A stretch of 64,000 nt of DNA from NCBI GenBank assembly GCA_051362555.1, contig CM120648.1:14814587-14878586 (forward strand), given 5' to 3'. The stretch comes from Lingula anatina. Lineage: Eukaryota; Animalia; Brachiopoda. A program made the translations under genes and the position numbers. Below are positions 28,935 to 43,300 of the stretch, piece by piece; the stretch's first letter is position 1, and each line of letters starts with the position of its first letter. Below the pieces are notes generated by a model. The model saw only the letters and a program-made list of their open reading frames with translations, searched no databases and was not told the DNA's origin.

Positions 28935-31900
28935 CCAACTCGTGGTCTGATTTTGCCACGTGATTGTTCGGCTCTGTTAACTGCACGCCTGATGAGAAAT
29001 TAGTATGAAATTTAAACAAAGACTCCAAGTCACTATTTCTATCACGCAGGCCAGATTACACTTGTACACGGGCACGCATATACCTAGCATCAGCACTGTG
29101 AAGCCCACCGGCAGCAAGAGCTAAGATGCATTTGTCCGAGTCTCGTTTTTCATCTTATTTTGTCTTAAAAATCAATATATAACCTCTGCCAGACGGACTT
29201 TATCAATAACATTACGCAAAGAATTATTTTTATCCAGTTAGACTACATCTATATAAGTGATTTAGACTCTCTGGATCGATCTAAACCTCTGGGAATGCAC
29301 CCTTACATGAGCCCAGCCCGTCCAGTAATGGTTCCACTTAATGCTGTAGAGAAGTAAGGCGGGTACATCTGTCGCATTTATTTCTTCCCAGTGTATTGTA
29401 TCAGCCTGCTGAGAGGGACAAAAATTATACGTAGGGGTATTATTTCATATTGTTCATGCCACATGTCCCCGCCAGCTGTAATAAATGGTAATGGTTTCAC
29501 ATCGTGATTCATGTCTTATAATAAAGTATTGCTGTCAGAAGTATGCAGACGTTATTTTTCTTGCTGTAAGTACCGGTACATGATATTGCACGCGGTGAAA
29601 GCAGAATATCGAAAAAAGAAATCAAGTTGCCATTCATTTGTTAATGATTCAGACTCACTCGCGCCACCCCTCTTTGGAAAGTAGGCTATACATAACTGAC
29701 TCCCCCCCCCCCCCCCCCCTCCATCTTACCTTCGTAGATATGTACTTGTACGAAATATCTATTATTATTTTTTTTTGTACACATACATGCACAGTGTACA
29801 GGCAAACAAAATATTTTAGGTGTTTAGGATGTGACACTGTTTGGCGACACTTACTGCCGTAGACAATACGTCTTACGGCCTTAGTATCTTTATTTGTATT
29901 ATATTATTATATTGTTTATGCTCGAGCAGGCCTTGATTGTAAGATCATGCTGATGTTATCCAATGAATGTGTTTTACATATAAGGGGAGAATTATTTCTA
30001 CGAAGAAATTCTTTACGGAACGGGCTTTTGTAGGACATTTCATACTTTTACTTCACTTATCAGTGTCGAGTTTTCCAAACAATATTGTGAATTTCAGTGA
30101 CTATATACCATATTGTGCTTTAAGTTTGTGCGTTAAGTTTCAAAATAAAACTGAAAAATTCTATTTCATTTTTACAATTAATTAAATTCAATATCTGTGA
30201 GTCATAATATATCTGTGAGTCATAATAGTCTGAGATATATCTGTGAGTCATAATAGGACTTTGTTATTCTTATTCTTATATAATACAAACTAAGCCCGTA
30301 CTACAGGGTGACCAGCAGGGTTGTTATCTAGAGGAGTATTACAGGGTGACCAGCAGGGTTGTTATCTAGAGGAGTACTACAGGGTGACCAGCAGGGTTGT
30401 TATCTAGAGGAGTACTACAGGGTGACCAGCAGGGTTGTTATCTAGAGGAGTACTACAGGGTGACCAGCAGGGTTGTTATCTAGAGGAGTACTACAGGGTG
30501 ACCAGCAGGGTTGTTATCTAGAGGAGTACTACAGGGTGACCAGCAGGGTTGTTATCTAGAGGAGTACTACAGGGTGACCAGCAGGGTTGTTATCTAGAGG
30601 AGTACTACAGGGTGACCAGCAGGGTTGTTATCTAGAGGAAGAGTGAATATCAGAATGCTTTGTGTCTGATGGCACATCTATACCTCTAACGGAATATTGG
30701 AACGACGTAATGATTTATGGTGAAAGGCCGATGTTTTATTTCCAATTGACCTGAATTTACATGAGTGCCTGGAGTTGGTGACAGTGTCAAATAGTGGATG
30801 TAATATTCACTTTGTTTTTTTTTATTTTTCACTGTATGTTTAGTTATAGGTAGCTACATGAAAACTAATCTTTCTCAAAATGAAAGACCATTTGCATTTT
30901 TTTGTGTGACTAAAGTAAATTTACAGCATTCTGTGTACATGCAACCTGGTATTAAAACCATCATAAAGAGACGGTCATGTGTTTAACAGTTATCTCCTGT
31001 ATCCTAAATGACCTTTTTTTATAGAAGCCATGTATTTTATTAAAACACATGGCACAAATGGATTACATGGATTAGAAAAATAACCGTCTTCAACCTGACG
31101 TCTTATCCATAGCCAAGTTCAACTCTCTTCTAAATCGAAAGTGACCGTGTTCCTTCAGAAATGCGCATCCGATCTTCTCGTAGTATAGTGTCTTTGTACA
31201 GTTTTTTATTATTTGTCTTATATTTTAATTTAGAGAAAAATACGCACAATAATTAGAAACAAAAAAAAAGTTGTCAGCAAACTTAAAGCACAATAACAGT
31301 AAACTAGTGGGTACTAAAATAACATCGTAGTGTGCATTGGTATTTCAGGTATACACATGAGCAAATAAACCACAGTGCCTTATTTTGTTTCTACTTAGCA
31401 CTCAGAAACAAACACTGTTTTATTCCCCCATTCCTCGTGCCTCGTACTGGTTGGTTGTCGTGTTCAGCATAATAATGATATAGTAAACATTTGTAACGAT
31501 ATACACGAGCAAGTGTGTGCGCGTTTTTAAATTCACTGCGCGCATTGACTTGGTTAAATAGAACAAATGATCTTCACGATTTACAGTTGTTTTTGTATAC
31601 GTAAGCCTTGTTACACCACGGTGTTTTGATTGGTTCATGCGGCTAGCATGGAGGAGAGATCGATCGATACCGACGCATAATACACGCCGTATACTCTCTA
31701 ATGAATACGGCCTTCAGTGCAAGCTGCATAATGTACTCTATGGCTGAGTAAGGTCGTGAAGGACGCCAGTGCTGGTTACACGGAGGAGTTGTATCTCGGT
31801 GGGGTTTGAAGGCAATTAAGACGGTATCTCAGGGTTCACAATGGAGGGTTCTGGTACAGATCCAGTGTTAACGGAAAGGTTGAAGGTATGTGATGGTTTG

Positions 31901-34900
31901 AGAGGTGACGTCTCTTCTCTATGTTGACTTTCCAGTGTGCTGTGTAGGTAGATAGCTGTGTCATTGAGATTTAACCTTCCCAATGTTTTTAGCTCGACCT
32001 CTGTGAAAATACGTATTGTGTGGTATGTGCTGTCAACAGCCGCCGCTCCCGCCACGGTATAACTGCCAGGCGGTTATGTCCTGATTAATACACACACCTG
32101 TAGTAAAACACCACAGTTAATAGTAAACCGATACTACACCAAACCTCTGTTGTACTAAGGTAAATATTTTATGGGTTTTCATGCTTGTGTATGGGCAAGG
32201 TACGTACTTGAGCTAAACACCGTACATGTTGAAGTATGGGTATGTGTAGTTGGTGACACAGTAAATTGCCGTTATTCTAGTTTTTTAAACACTGTTTTTA
32301 CTCCATCCTGTTTAAACAGGATATCAAGTAGGACTTGACACTTATGTTATTCCTTAGCCGTGTCCTTAAGCGGACGCTCGCCCGAAGCTCTAATCAATCG
32401 CATTAATCAAAATACAGTGGCAGTAGCTCAATCTGGCTTTCCTAGTCGGACCAGGAAGGTCGGACTCTGTTAATAAGTTCACTGTTCATAGGGTGCTAGT
32501 TCTCTCTGATCATAAGGTGCTAGAACCCTCTACCAGTGTGGCAGATATTATAGGCACATATTTCACATTTAGAAGATTGACCGTATTAAGCCAGATACAT
32601 TATCTGTTAATATGTAGTGAAAATCAATCTGTTGCCCTGGTAAAGGGTAGGGCGCTAGTTTTTAGAGGCATGCTCTCAACAGTCGCTGGAACTGAGGGTG
32701 GAGCAGCTAGACTTGCACAAGAAAGTCGCTGTTTTGTATTTAGTGAACTACCCTGAGGCCTGGAGTCTAATAAAACACATTTCTTTACACTGCATCCTGA
32801 GAGGACCTAGTTTCAATAGCGGTGGCGAGGTACGTGTGAGTGAATCACAGCGGATGCAAAGAAGATGGATTTACGTAACATGTGGTTTTCTTGTGCGATC
32901 ATGTTTGTCAAAGTTTATGTACATTGGACTTGACGCTCCAGTTGAATAAGTATACGGCTTTAAGGAATCGATGGATGTTGTACTGTGATTTCTTGCTTTA
33001 AGTTTGAATTCTCCAGCAAATAAATCAGGGTGCGCTAGTAGTCTGTTACAAAATAATTGTATGCTCGTACTTTAATTGTGTATACTATTTTAGGAGCCAC
33101 TGATGTCAGAGGGTAGTCTGACTAACTCCTTTATGTCTCCTTATTAACCCAAGCGAAAATTTAAGTGAACGACAAACACAAATATGGTGTTCAAAATATG
33201 GCCGGTGACGGCCGCTTTTATTGAAAGGTCCCTCTAGTAAAAGAAAAGTGTAAAGTTATTATAAAGCATTAGATAATGTTCAGTAAAATTAAAATTGCGC
33301 GATGTTACAGCATAAATGATAAATATCCAAACAAATAGTGCACATATTTACATTTGTGGGGTTGCAAAGAGGCCCTATACGGACAATGTAGCATTAAACG
33401 GAGCCGTGATTGCCAAATCTACTTTTCTGCTTCATTTTCTATCACAAACCCTGACTGACACTTGCCTCGCGTCCTTGTCGGGGCGCAATAAGGAATATTT
33501 AGTTCAGAATTGTAGTGATACGGGCTGGTTATACATAATTCGCACACACACCCAGGAGTCAGCAAGGATCAGCAAGGTGCACGTACATGTACATCTGCAC
33601 CTAGAGCTCAGGATGACAAACTCGTCAGGCATTCCAGTAACAACAGGTGCGCACTGCTGGCGACTCGAGGCTGATACATGTTTTATAGTGGGTGCACACA
33701 GGGTGCAAAAATATGTATTTTTCCCGACCTTGGACACGGGAATATCCCACTCCCGGCTACTACCATTGTGACTTAAGCAAGCGGGATGTGCTAGCTGAAC
33801 TCCAGGGGTCTTCTCTCTGGCTGATATAATCCTGGTCCTATTGCGATTCTGTGGAGACTCTAGTTTTGTTTTGCCACATATCACACCTGGGCATCAGCTT
33901 ATTGGGAGGAAAAAATTAAGTAATCGCATCGTATCATAGCAACTTTAGTTCTCTTCCCGCAGATGTTGTATGTACATTATTTACATAATCGCACTGTTGA
34001 CAAGTGTATAGAAAGCACACAGTGCAGACAGGCAAATCCAATGTAAAGCAAATCTGGGTGGGCTTGAGGAGGATTTCGTAGAGAGAGTTAGGTTGGCGTA
34101 CTTTTTTCCCTTTCAGGCGGATGGTTACAAAAAATTAATGAATAGATAAAAACTCACCAAATCAACTTGAAGTTAAAAGCTGCATCAAACACTTGGAACA
34201 TACTATAGTACCAAAAAAAATGTGTATACATTTTATCAGCTCTCTTTCAAATTAAACGAAAACATTCTCAAATAAGAAAAACAAACATTAGACATTTTAA
34301 ATAGTCATTATGCAAGAAAAAAATATTATTAGCCTAAGTAAATTAGTCTAGCAGGCTGTGCCGCCAGCATGGGTTGAGGTGTATGTAAACTGAGGTATTA
34401 GATCTGGCCTCCTAGGAATTGCCTGCTTCTCACATCTATAGGTCAGTCTTCTACATTTGTGGTGTCCATTTACGTACGTTCACCTCAAGGAAAGCCGTTG
34501 GTTGAAGTCTTGTATTTACCTGCCCATCCTTGGCTTGGCCTGCCCGACTGTTTATCTGATGTTGATGGTTATTTTCGCTTTCTTATTTCATTTTTTCCTT
34601 ACATTTCTTTCTTTTATTTCTACAGTTAGTATAACCTTCTCCTGGCCTTCATCGCCCCCCCCCCCCTCTCTCTTTCTCTCTCTCTCTCCACAGCTGAAAT
34701 GCTAGAAAAGCAATTCTAATATATTTCCCCACCACAACACGAGACAAACTCGAGTCGTAAGAAAAAACGTCAAAGAGATGACAGGACTGTATGGTCAGAG
34801 ATATTAAGATGACATTCATGACCTACCCATTTCATGCTTGACTCCTGCCTGTGTCCGGCCATACCTGCTAACAACCCACCCGTGACCATGACGTGTGACA

Positions 34901-37276
34901 TGTCCACTGGTTAACTGTGACAGAAGGGACAAATCGCCAGAGAAAGTGCCTTCAATCACATTCTAATCTTTTCAAAAAGTTATTCACTTACACTAGCTAG
35001 GGAGATTGACTAAATATGAAAGCAGCACGTTTTTCTACGGTAAAGCGCTCTGGTTCAGCGTAAGCAAGGACCTGAAGTGCTATGGTTTTGATTTTTTCTT
35101 TCGAATCAGGACGGACACCCTGTATTTGGTGTACGTGTTTTGCGAAAAGTCCTACACGCTTTCGGTGACAGTTAGTCTGGGACTTGCACTGAAGTAGACA
35201 CGTATATGACACTGTATATGGTGTATTGACTGCGATAGTCTGGCGTCGCAATAGATTTGTGGGTCTAACTTGATATGATGCGATGCACTGTGAGCTCACT
35301 TTCACACAACGAACAAACATCGTGTGATGCACGTTCACAACAGTCTTACTATGCTGCATTCAAATACACTTTGAACGTGACATCTTTCACTTGTTTCCAG
35401 TTATAAATTAAAACAACATAACGAAATGCTTTTCAAAAAAAAAAATATCAGAAGATTCCAATAATTATTTTAATTTCATGTAATTTATCAGTGTTTAAGA
35501 GGATAGTGTTGTACAGTCAGCAGCTCCTTGCGACCAGGCACTGTTGTTGTCACTTGGGTGAGCTATGCGGCTCTTATGTATTCTTTACACGACTGGCGGA
35601 CGTTGACAAAGTAAATGATGGCATTTTTTTTTAATCAGAGGAATGACTTTGATATAGTGTTTTGTTTACTGAAAACGCGAAGCGGTTGAATTGCGGAACA
35701 TAATTGACAAATACTGCTCTCTGACCCCAGGGTGCGCTAGTAGTCTGTTACCAAAATGTTGCCCATAGTGTGATTGTGTGTTGTATTTTAGTGGGGCCCC
35801 TGATATCAGAGGGTAGACAAATACATGTCTTTTTAGTATAAACTGTGTACATTCAAGACTGGAACTGATCATGTTCATGTTATGTCATTATAAAAGACAA
35901 TTTATAACTTAAAAGATATACTACTTTACCACAGAAATGCATTCTTCATTGCCGTATTCTTCTGCATGATTGAAAAAAAAGGGATTGACAAAGTACACGT
36001 AGAGTAGAAAATACTTAATGATATACAGTAAATGATCGTTTTCTGTTGAACAAATCGCTGACGACCGTAATGTTTCCTTCTGACTACAGCTCCATGTACA
36101 TATCTGTTGTCAAAGTCTTAAAATGATAGACATTAGGTACCCTAAGCCCTTAAGTGGTACGTACAAAAGATACAATAAAAAACTCTTATGATAGTTGTAA
36201 ACTGGAGCACTGATAAATTGATAAGAAATGGGTGTCGTCACTGACCCCAGTTTTCACACGACCATATACTACTGACAGCCAACTGATCACTGTGACATTG
36301 AGGACCAGCCACAGTCAGCTGGCAACACACATTTTAGACCTGGAGGGGCAGAGCGACATTTTACATTAAAAGCACTCTAAATTTAGGTTAAAAGTCAGAC
36401 ACAGTTAGTTTGAAGTTGACACGTCTACCACATTTGATACCCGAAACCTGGCAAATTTACTGTCCTAAAAAAGCGGTTATCTTCGTGCAACTTCATGTAC
36501 TATGCAACGTTGGCTGACCTAGTTGGAACTTAAATTGAAGCAAGAAGTAGACCATAACTCGTGTGAAAAATTATTACTAATCCCGAGTCTCAAAAATGAG
36601 GGGGTAAAAACAATTCTCTCCCTTCACGATATCCAAGATCTGCAAACCTGCTCAGGGTTTTAAATCCCATGGGCAGCTTTACAAAATGCCAATTGCACAC
36701 CGTGCTAATCACTGGTTTTGTGAGCTACTGGACTGTTAACCCCAGTCGATGGTCTTCCCAATATTCCTGTCAAATTATCTTTCAAATTGCTGTTGCAGAA
36801 CGCACACAGGAGATATTAATGGATAATGGGAATTCGTTTTATAGCGATGTTTGGTTGATAAAAGCCTTTATGGAAATGGGTGTAAAGGACTGGAAAAGAC
36901 TATAGAGCATTTCGAAATTGCACAGTTCTCACAGGTGGGTGCAGGATACTAGGAGCTATCGCTTTTCTCCCCCCCCCCCTCCCCCCCCCCCCCCCACCCC
37001 CATCTTATCTGTAAAGAGCATTTCACAGCATTGAATTATTTGTGGCACTTATGTAACAAAAAGCACATAAAACAAACCTGGATATGTCTCCCTGGGGTTC
37101 TCTGGCCTGTGTGGAAACATAGTGGGTTCAATATTCGCCCTACCCTCTTCGGGGCTCTGTTTATACCACAAGCTACTAGCTCTTCAATAGTCTATACGGT
37201 CGTGTGTACACTGATATAACTAAAAGACGTGGTAGATTATCTTAAAATAAATGTGAACATATAATGTCCTCTCTAC

Positions 37277-37310
<34 letters not shown>

Positions 37311-40300
37311 TACAACGTCCTCTCCACTACACCTTTAAAACAGCTACTCCTTCCTGGTGCAAAATGTTGACAATGTGAAATCACACTTGATGTATACGTT
37401 AAGATTAATTATTTATTTAAACCTTTTTTTTTTCTTTTCTTTTTCTGCCTAAACGACTTCAAAATTTTAACTAAAAATATAAACCCAAAACCAATAAAAT
37501 GTATATTGAAACAAACTGTTAAAAAATTGCTAACGTTAGAATGCCGTCAACTGGTGGCGGTGGACACACACACACACACACACTTGCTTCCCCTTGGAGT
37601 AGAGAACACTTGGAATGCTGTGGTAGTCTTTACCAATCGATATGTAATTTAGACATTGAATGATTTATTTTTTCGAGGAGATGAACCATTTTATGTATGT
37701 GTTTGTAATTGTGCATACAGTCCAGGTCTTGCCCCTGAAAGTGGTGTTATTCAGTGTTATTATTTTCAATCTGAGTGTGGTTGCGGGGCTAGAGCCGTTA
37801 TTCAGATCGATTATTATCCAACTATCTACGTAGTTATGTTGTTGTGGATCTCACAACTTCGGACAATGTATTCATCTCTTTAATTTATTTATTTATTCAT
37901 TTATTTATTTGTTTGTTTGTTTGTTAAATTAGTTATCGAACTGATGAAATGACTACGGTATATTTCTCGCCTAATTACATTGCCAAATCATTTGTTAATT
38001 CGAGATACATTGGCCAAGAATGTATAATCGTTGCACAACAAACATTTGCGTAGAGTTCGAATTTATTTTTTCCCTGTCTTCTCGTTGCTAGACCTAAAGG
38101 GAAAACTCCCTCTGAATAAGTTTATGTTGTTTTCATTAAAGAAAAGTTAGGTTATTAACTCCACGTGGATTTTAAAAGTAGGTTAAGTATAAGTCAAAAT
38201 GAGAATGGGATATTGTTTATCACGTATGTGAAATGATGGATATGAGAATTCCGCGGAATAGGTCTCCTTACTGTAATAGTAGCATACCGTCACACACAGG
38301 GACAGACGACCGCTGTCACATCACAGAATATACTGGGCACACCTGGACTTGTGACACCAGCAGGACTGTTTACACTGGATTTGAACCGACCCATCTTGGC
38401 AGACCAGATCATAATTAGTATAATATTATAGACTAGCGAGCAAATCTAACCTCTCTGTAGCTGCACTATTGTAATATAACTTGTAAAAAAATCGCATGTT
38501 GTTAGAAAGGGGTGTGTCTTTCTAGGTTAGACCAACCCCCTCTTCTACAAACAGACCCTTATTTTTTCCCGCAGTGATGCACATGTTCGAGGTGAATTCA
38601 TTGACAGAGTGATACTTCTAAATAAAAAAACACAAACACAGTAGTTTATTGTTCTTTTGATAGGGGGCGCTGGTTAATTCGTCCTGGTAAGTCAGTCACT
38701 GTCGTCGACAAATTAGAAAAAAAAACAGTCGGTTTAAAAACACTGTAATCCTTCAGGTATCTATTTATTTTACTCAATCATATACGTAGTGACATATCCC
38801 CCAAAACGTTTATTTATTTAATGGCATACATGTACTCTTGATGATCAATATCCAATATATGTCCCAGTCCATACGACCCACGCCCATTATAATACATATA
38901 CATAATCTGAGGACATGCTAAGGCGTTGCCATTTAGAAATATCACATATTTCCTGGAAGGCAGATGTCACCATTGTATTCTAGTTGTACAGTTGACTTCG
39001 GTATTGTTGGAGTGCCAAGCTTGAGAGAGTGGAGTTTATATGGTGGTTTTTTAATAACATGCATCGCTTTGTTCAAGTTATTGCTACGTGCCAGACAGCA
39101 TTTTGTGTCTTTCAATTATAATGATATATATTCTTCTTCATGGCGGACACATGACTGCACGCATCCACGTCGAGCAGTTCAGTTTTTTTCTCTTCATGAT
39201 GCTACCCAAAGAAATATACAAGTGTCACCGCCAAATGTAATTGCCATTCCGGAAAAGAAATATAAATCCTATAAACGCCAGGAGTGAATAAAGGCCCAGT
39301 ATTCATTGCAAATATAATTGTGCAATCATATCCAACAGGGAAATAACGCCTTTCTTTTGATGGAATTTTAAGAAAGGGTCGGATATGGAATACACGTATA
39401 TAGAATGTTCAATTATTAAAAGGGAATCAGTGGATAGGGCCTGGCGAATAAAGTAGTGATACTGCATTTATCTTTAGCAGGTTATATTATTATCAACTAT
39501 ATTGAAATAGCATACAAACTAAACTTTCAGTGTGGCCTGGCAGAGCGAGAATTTTACTTTTGTGGCATGGATATAGTGTTATTATTTCACGGTATTGTTA
39601 TGAACATAAGGGTCACCACAGGTCAATGGTTTGTTGTGCTGGAATGTTAGTTACGTGTAAACCTCCACAGGTTAGGGTCACTGGGTACGGCGGGGAAAAC
39701 CACAGATATATATTTTGTATTTACATTGTACAGCCAGAGTCTCCTTTTTGCACTCCTGTTGCCTAGCCACCCCCCTTGCCATCCCCTGCCCCCCGTGCCA
39801 TCCCCTGCCCTGCCACCCCCCTTGCCATCCCCTGCCCCCCGTGCCATCCCCTGCCCTGCCCCCCCGTGCCATCCCCTGACCTGCCCCCATGGTAGGGGAG
39901 GTGGAGGCAGGTTGTCCTCCTCCCAGAAATCACTGATGTAGATGTACCATACCTTCTATATTTTTCTCGAAACAACACGTCCGGGGAAATACCTGTAGGG
40001 TTTGGGCCCCTTTTCGTCATATAAATATTATAAATTCATGGAGAAGCGAGGCAAAATGACGAAAAGCAACCTTGTTCACCAAATGGGATCTCCTGACCTC
40101 CTCCCCCCACCCAATAGAGCATTGACTTACTCGTTTTCTTTGCAAGTTGTCCTCTCCTTGTGTTAGTATGTCCACTGGTCGTTACTGCCAGATGTTCATA
40201 TTCCTCCTCTCTTTAAGCTTCTCTGAGTCTACACTGAACACGTGGACAGTACAAGGTGAGGTCTAGATGGGGGCAGCTGGTGCACCACCCCATCTTCATT

Positions 40301-43300
40301 AGCCCTCCTAGAACACCACTGCATGCCGACCATCCCAGAAATGGGAGTCGCATTTTCATGGAAATACCAGTAATCCCCCTGGTAGTAATGGTTAGCATGC
40401 GTCGGTGAAGATACTGTATGAACTCTAAGACTATCAAGACTTTTGAAATCTGATGACAGAAATTTTAATTGTTTTAATTAATGTATATTGAAGTAACGGA
40501 ACATTTGATTAACCACAATCTGGAATCCGCTCGTCAGTGAGACGAGTGTACATTATTTATTGTTTTGCTATACAGTGTGTTGTACTGGATGACCTGTCCT
40601 GTACACATTGTGCTGTGTATACAGACATAGCTAACCAAATAAAACAGCCGCTACATCACCACTAGAGGCTTGAGTAGTCCACATTTAAGTCAGACAGTAA
40701 TTTAACGAGTCCATGAACACCAACACATTTGTTACTCAGTAAATAATTCTAATCATTATTTAACAGACATCTTGACAGGTAAATTGCTGAATTTTCATCT
40801 AATCAAAATACAGGTGTTTAAATATGTGTTACTCCTGGGCGATGTGACATTGAGAAAGTAGGACTGTTGATGTCGCCATTACTTCGTGTAGGATTCGTCA
40901 ACTAGTTCCGTTTGATGAGTTACAACTTCTCCTCCTCTGGTCTGTATTTGTGTGTGTGTGGGGGGGGGGGGGGGGCAGACCTAACACCATACACAAGCTC
41001 ATTTACCACATTCATCCATGTAGCTACTGTCCACCTTCCATCACTTTGCGTTTATCATTCTCTCTCCCTATTATGTCCATATAACTTGTTTAGATTTGTA
41101 ATATAAGATGTTACCTTTTACTTCTTGTATCTATAGGTGACAGCGACTCGTATTGCTCCACAATTTGTGAAGCAATCAGAAAACGGATTGACAAAAGAAT
41201 TATTTGACAAATCTGTGACAAATCATTAGTTTTTATGTAACTTACAATCATTATGTAACAAAACGGCAGGCGTCGTTTACTGAAATAAAGAATCTAAACC
41301 TTATCTGAGTTTTCCTACCCATTAGATATCCACCGTGGTTTATGTTTGCGTGTCTTAAGCCACATAGAAGGTTAAGTTAATGTGGTAGTTTTGGTCTGAC
41401 CCCCTCCACCTCTCACCACCCCTGCACGTACCTCACGGCACATGGACGGTGTTTGGTAATCAGTGCCGCCTGAACCGGTTCTCGTTGACCGGTGTCCAAT
41501 GATTGTGACACGCGACTCCCCTGGAGATCGAGCCTTCTGTTTTGTACTGTGCAGGGTTTTCCAAGAAAATTTGTTAGGTTTAATTTTGTGCCATTTTTAT
41601 GACAGTCTTTATCATGATGCAGTGATGCAAATACCGTACAATGATTTATACCACCCACCCAACTAACCAACACACGCACCCAAAAGAATATACATATGGC
41701 ACGACAAGAAGAAAGGTAAAAAGGGAAGAAAGTTAGATTAAAATGAGACAAATTGAAAAGTATTATAGTTGTAACCCGCATGTTTTACCCTGATAATGCA
41801 ATACAAAGGCCTCCATACGAAATATCTTTAAAAATCCCCGCTTGAAACAGCAGTATTAACAGATCAATATATGGAGAGGCTGACGCAATGAGCCCATTAG
41901 GGAAATTATTTGGATTTTTTATACTTCAGCAATGCGATATTAATATCATCAAATTTAATAACAGCTTTAGGGGTTATGCAAAACGTGATTTGTGTCTGCT
42001 ACTAATGTTTGTGGTTTTCATCATGTAATTGCATTCAAATCCTCGACAACCGTCAGGTCACACGGGGAATAGAAGGAGAATAGGACGATTTCGTCATCCA
42101 CAGCAATATCAGCCTCTCAACCAATCAGTAGGGCGTAATTCCACCAAGCCTCCAAATTATTGATTTTTAACCGACGCAGTAGCCGTTATTAGTGAATTAG
42201 GGGATTCCCGACTGACATTTAACTTGGCTCTTTGCCAGGCTAAATATTCCCTGAAGACCACTGAGATGTCTGTGTCTGATACCAGTGTTGTAAGAGAACC
42301 TGTTCCCGTAGACTTTCAGGGGCGGTTATCAGTCATGTGCCATGTACAGAGTTGTAGGCGATTCTGGCTTCCTTGAGAGAGATGTCGAGTGGTTTGATCT
42401 CTCTACTGAAAATATTACACAAAATGTGAAAGTTAAGACTGTTGTTACCTTATGGCAATACCAATTGTTTTTTTTAGTTCAAAAAGTGTGTACGAAAGAA
42501 AGAATAAAACTTCTGTGATACATGTATCACACAAGAGCGAATATTTATTATGAATGATGTAACGTCAATGTTGAGTAGAAGGGTGTGGCTGGAGTGGCCT
42601 CTTGTGTAATTCAACTATCACACTCCCAGGTGGTGAGACACGGGGGTGGTGTGTCAGGAAGAGTGTTCATAGTTCCGTGGGCAGGTAGTAGAAAAAAACT
42701 AATCACATAACGTACCCACGTATGGTAAAGGATGGGCGTTATGTTTGAGATTTGTCATATGAATCAATATTGGGACTACTGATTGATAACTAAAATTCAC
42801 ATGCAATTCCAAGTCACGTCGCCATATACCTGTGTTATCTACACTGTCAGTTTACGAAGACATAATTTCTTACAAGGAACTACTGACTTCAATTTGGGGC
42901 CAAACGAGGGTGAGGCCATCTTATATATATAAGACAATGGAAAGACAGACACAGTAGCTGAGAACGGTTTTAACTTTTTTTTTAGTCACATTGGGTTTCA
43001 CGTCCCATATAAGGCACCCTGGGTTTGTCATTAAACGCCGTACCTACTAGTACTTCCGTGATACCCCGTCACTGCGCGCCTCAAGAACATTAACCCTGTG
43101 ACGCCCTGTAACAGTGTATTGTAGATACACCTGAGTGTAGAAATGGGCATTCTCGTAGTCGACCTGTGGTGGGAGTTGAAATACATGTACTATGTGAACA
43201 TCTTGGCGAACAGTGGGTGACTGACGTAAATCTCTACTGTTTTCACTGACGGCTGTGATACTGTGTTTGTGTGTGCGTACATGTCTTTGTGTTTCTGTGT

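Noticed and set aside
30298-30639. CRISPR-like array of 38-bp repeats
   Set aside because: Repeats are directly adjacent with no unique spacers; no cas genes; eukaryotic intron.
33316-33884. Overlapping 151-aa (+) and 126-aa (-) ORFs in the GLUT intron
   Set aside because: No recognisable motifs, coding-like composition or convincing splice sites.
38330-38465. Possible tRNA-derived SINE head on the minus strand (ggttcaaatcc B-box-like)
   Set aside because: A box is weak and no tail or TSD was identified; cannot be supported without a repeat library.
39647-40020. Gly/Arg- and Pro-rich overlapping ORFs
   Set aside because: They arise from the C-rich tandem repeat at 39766-39888.
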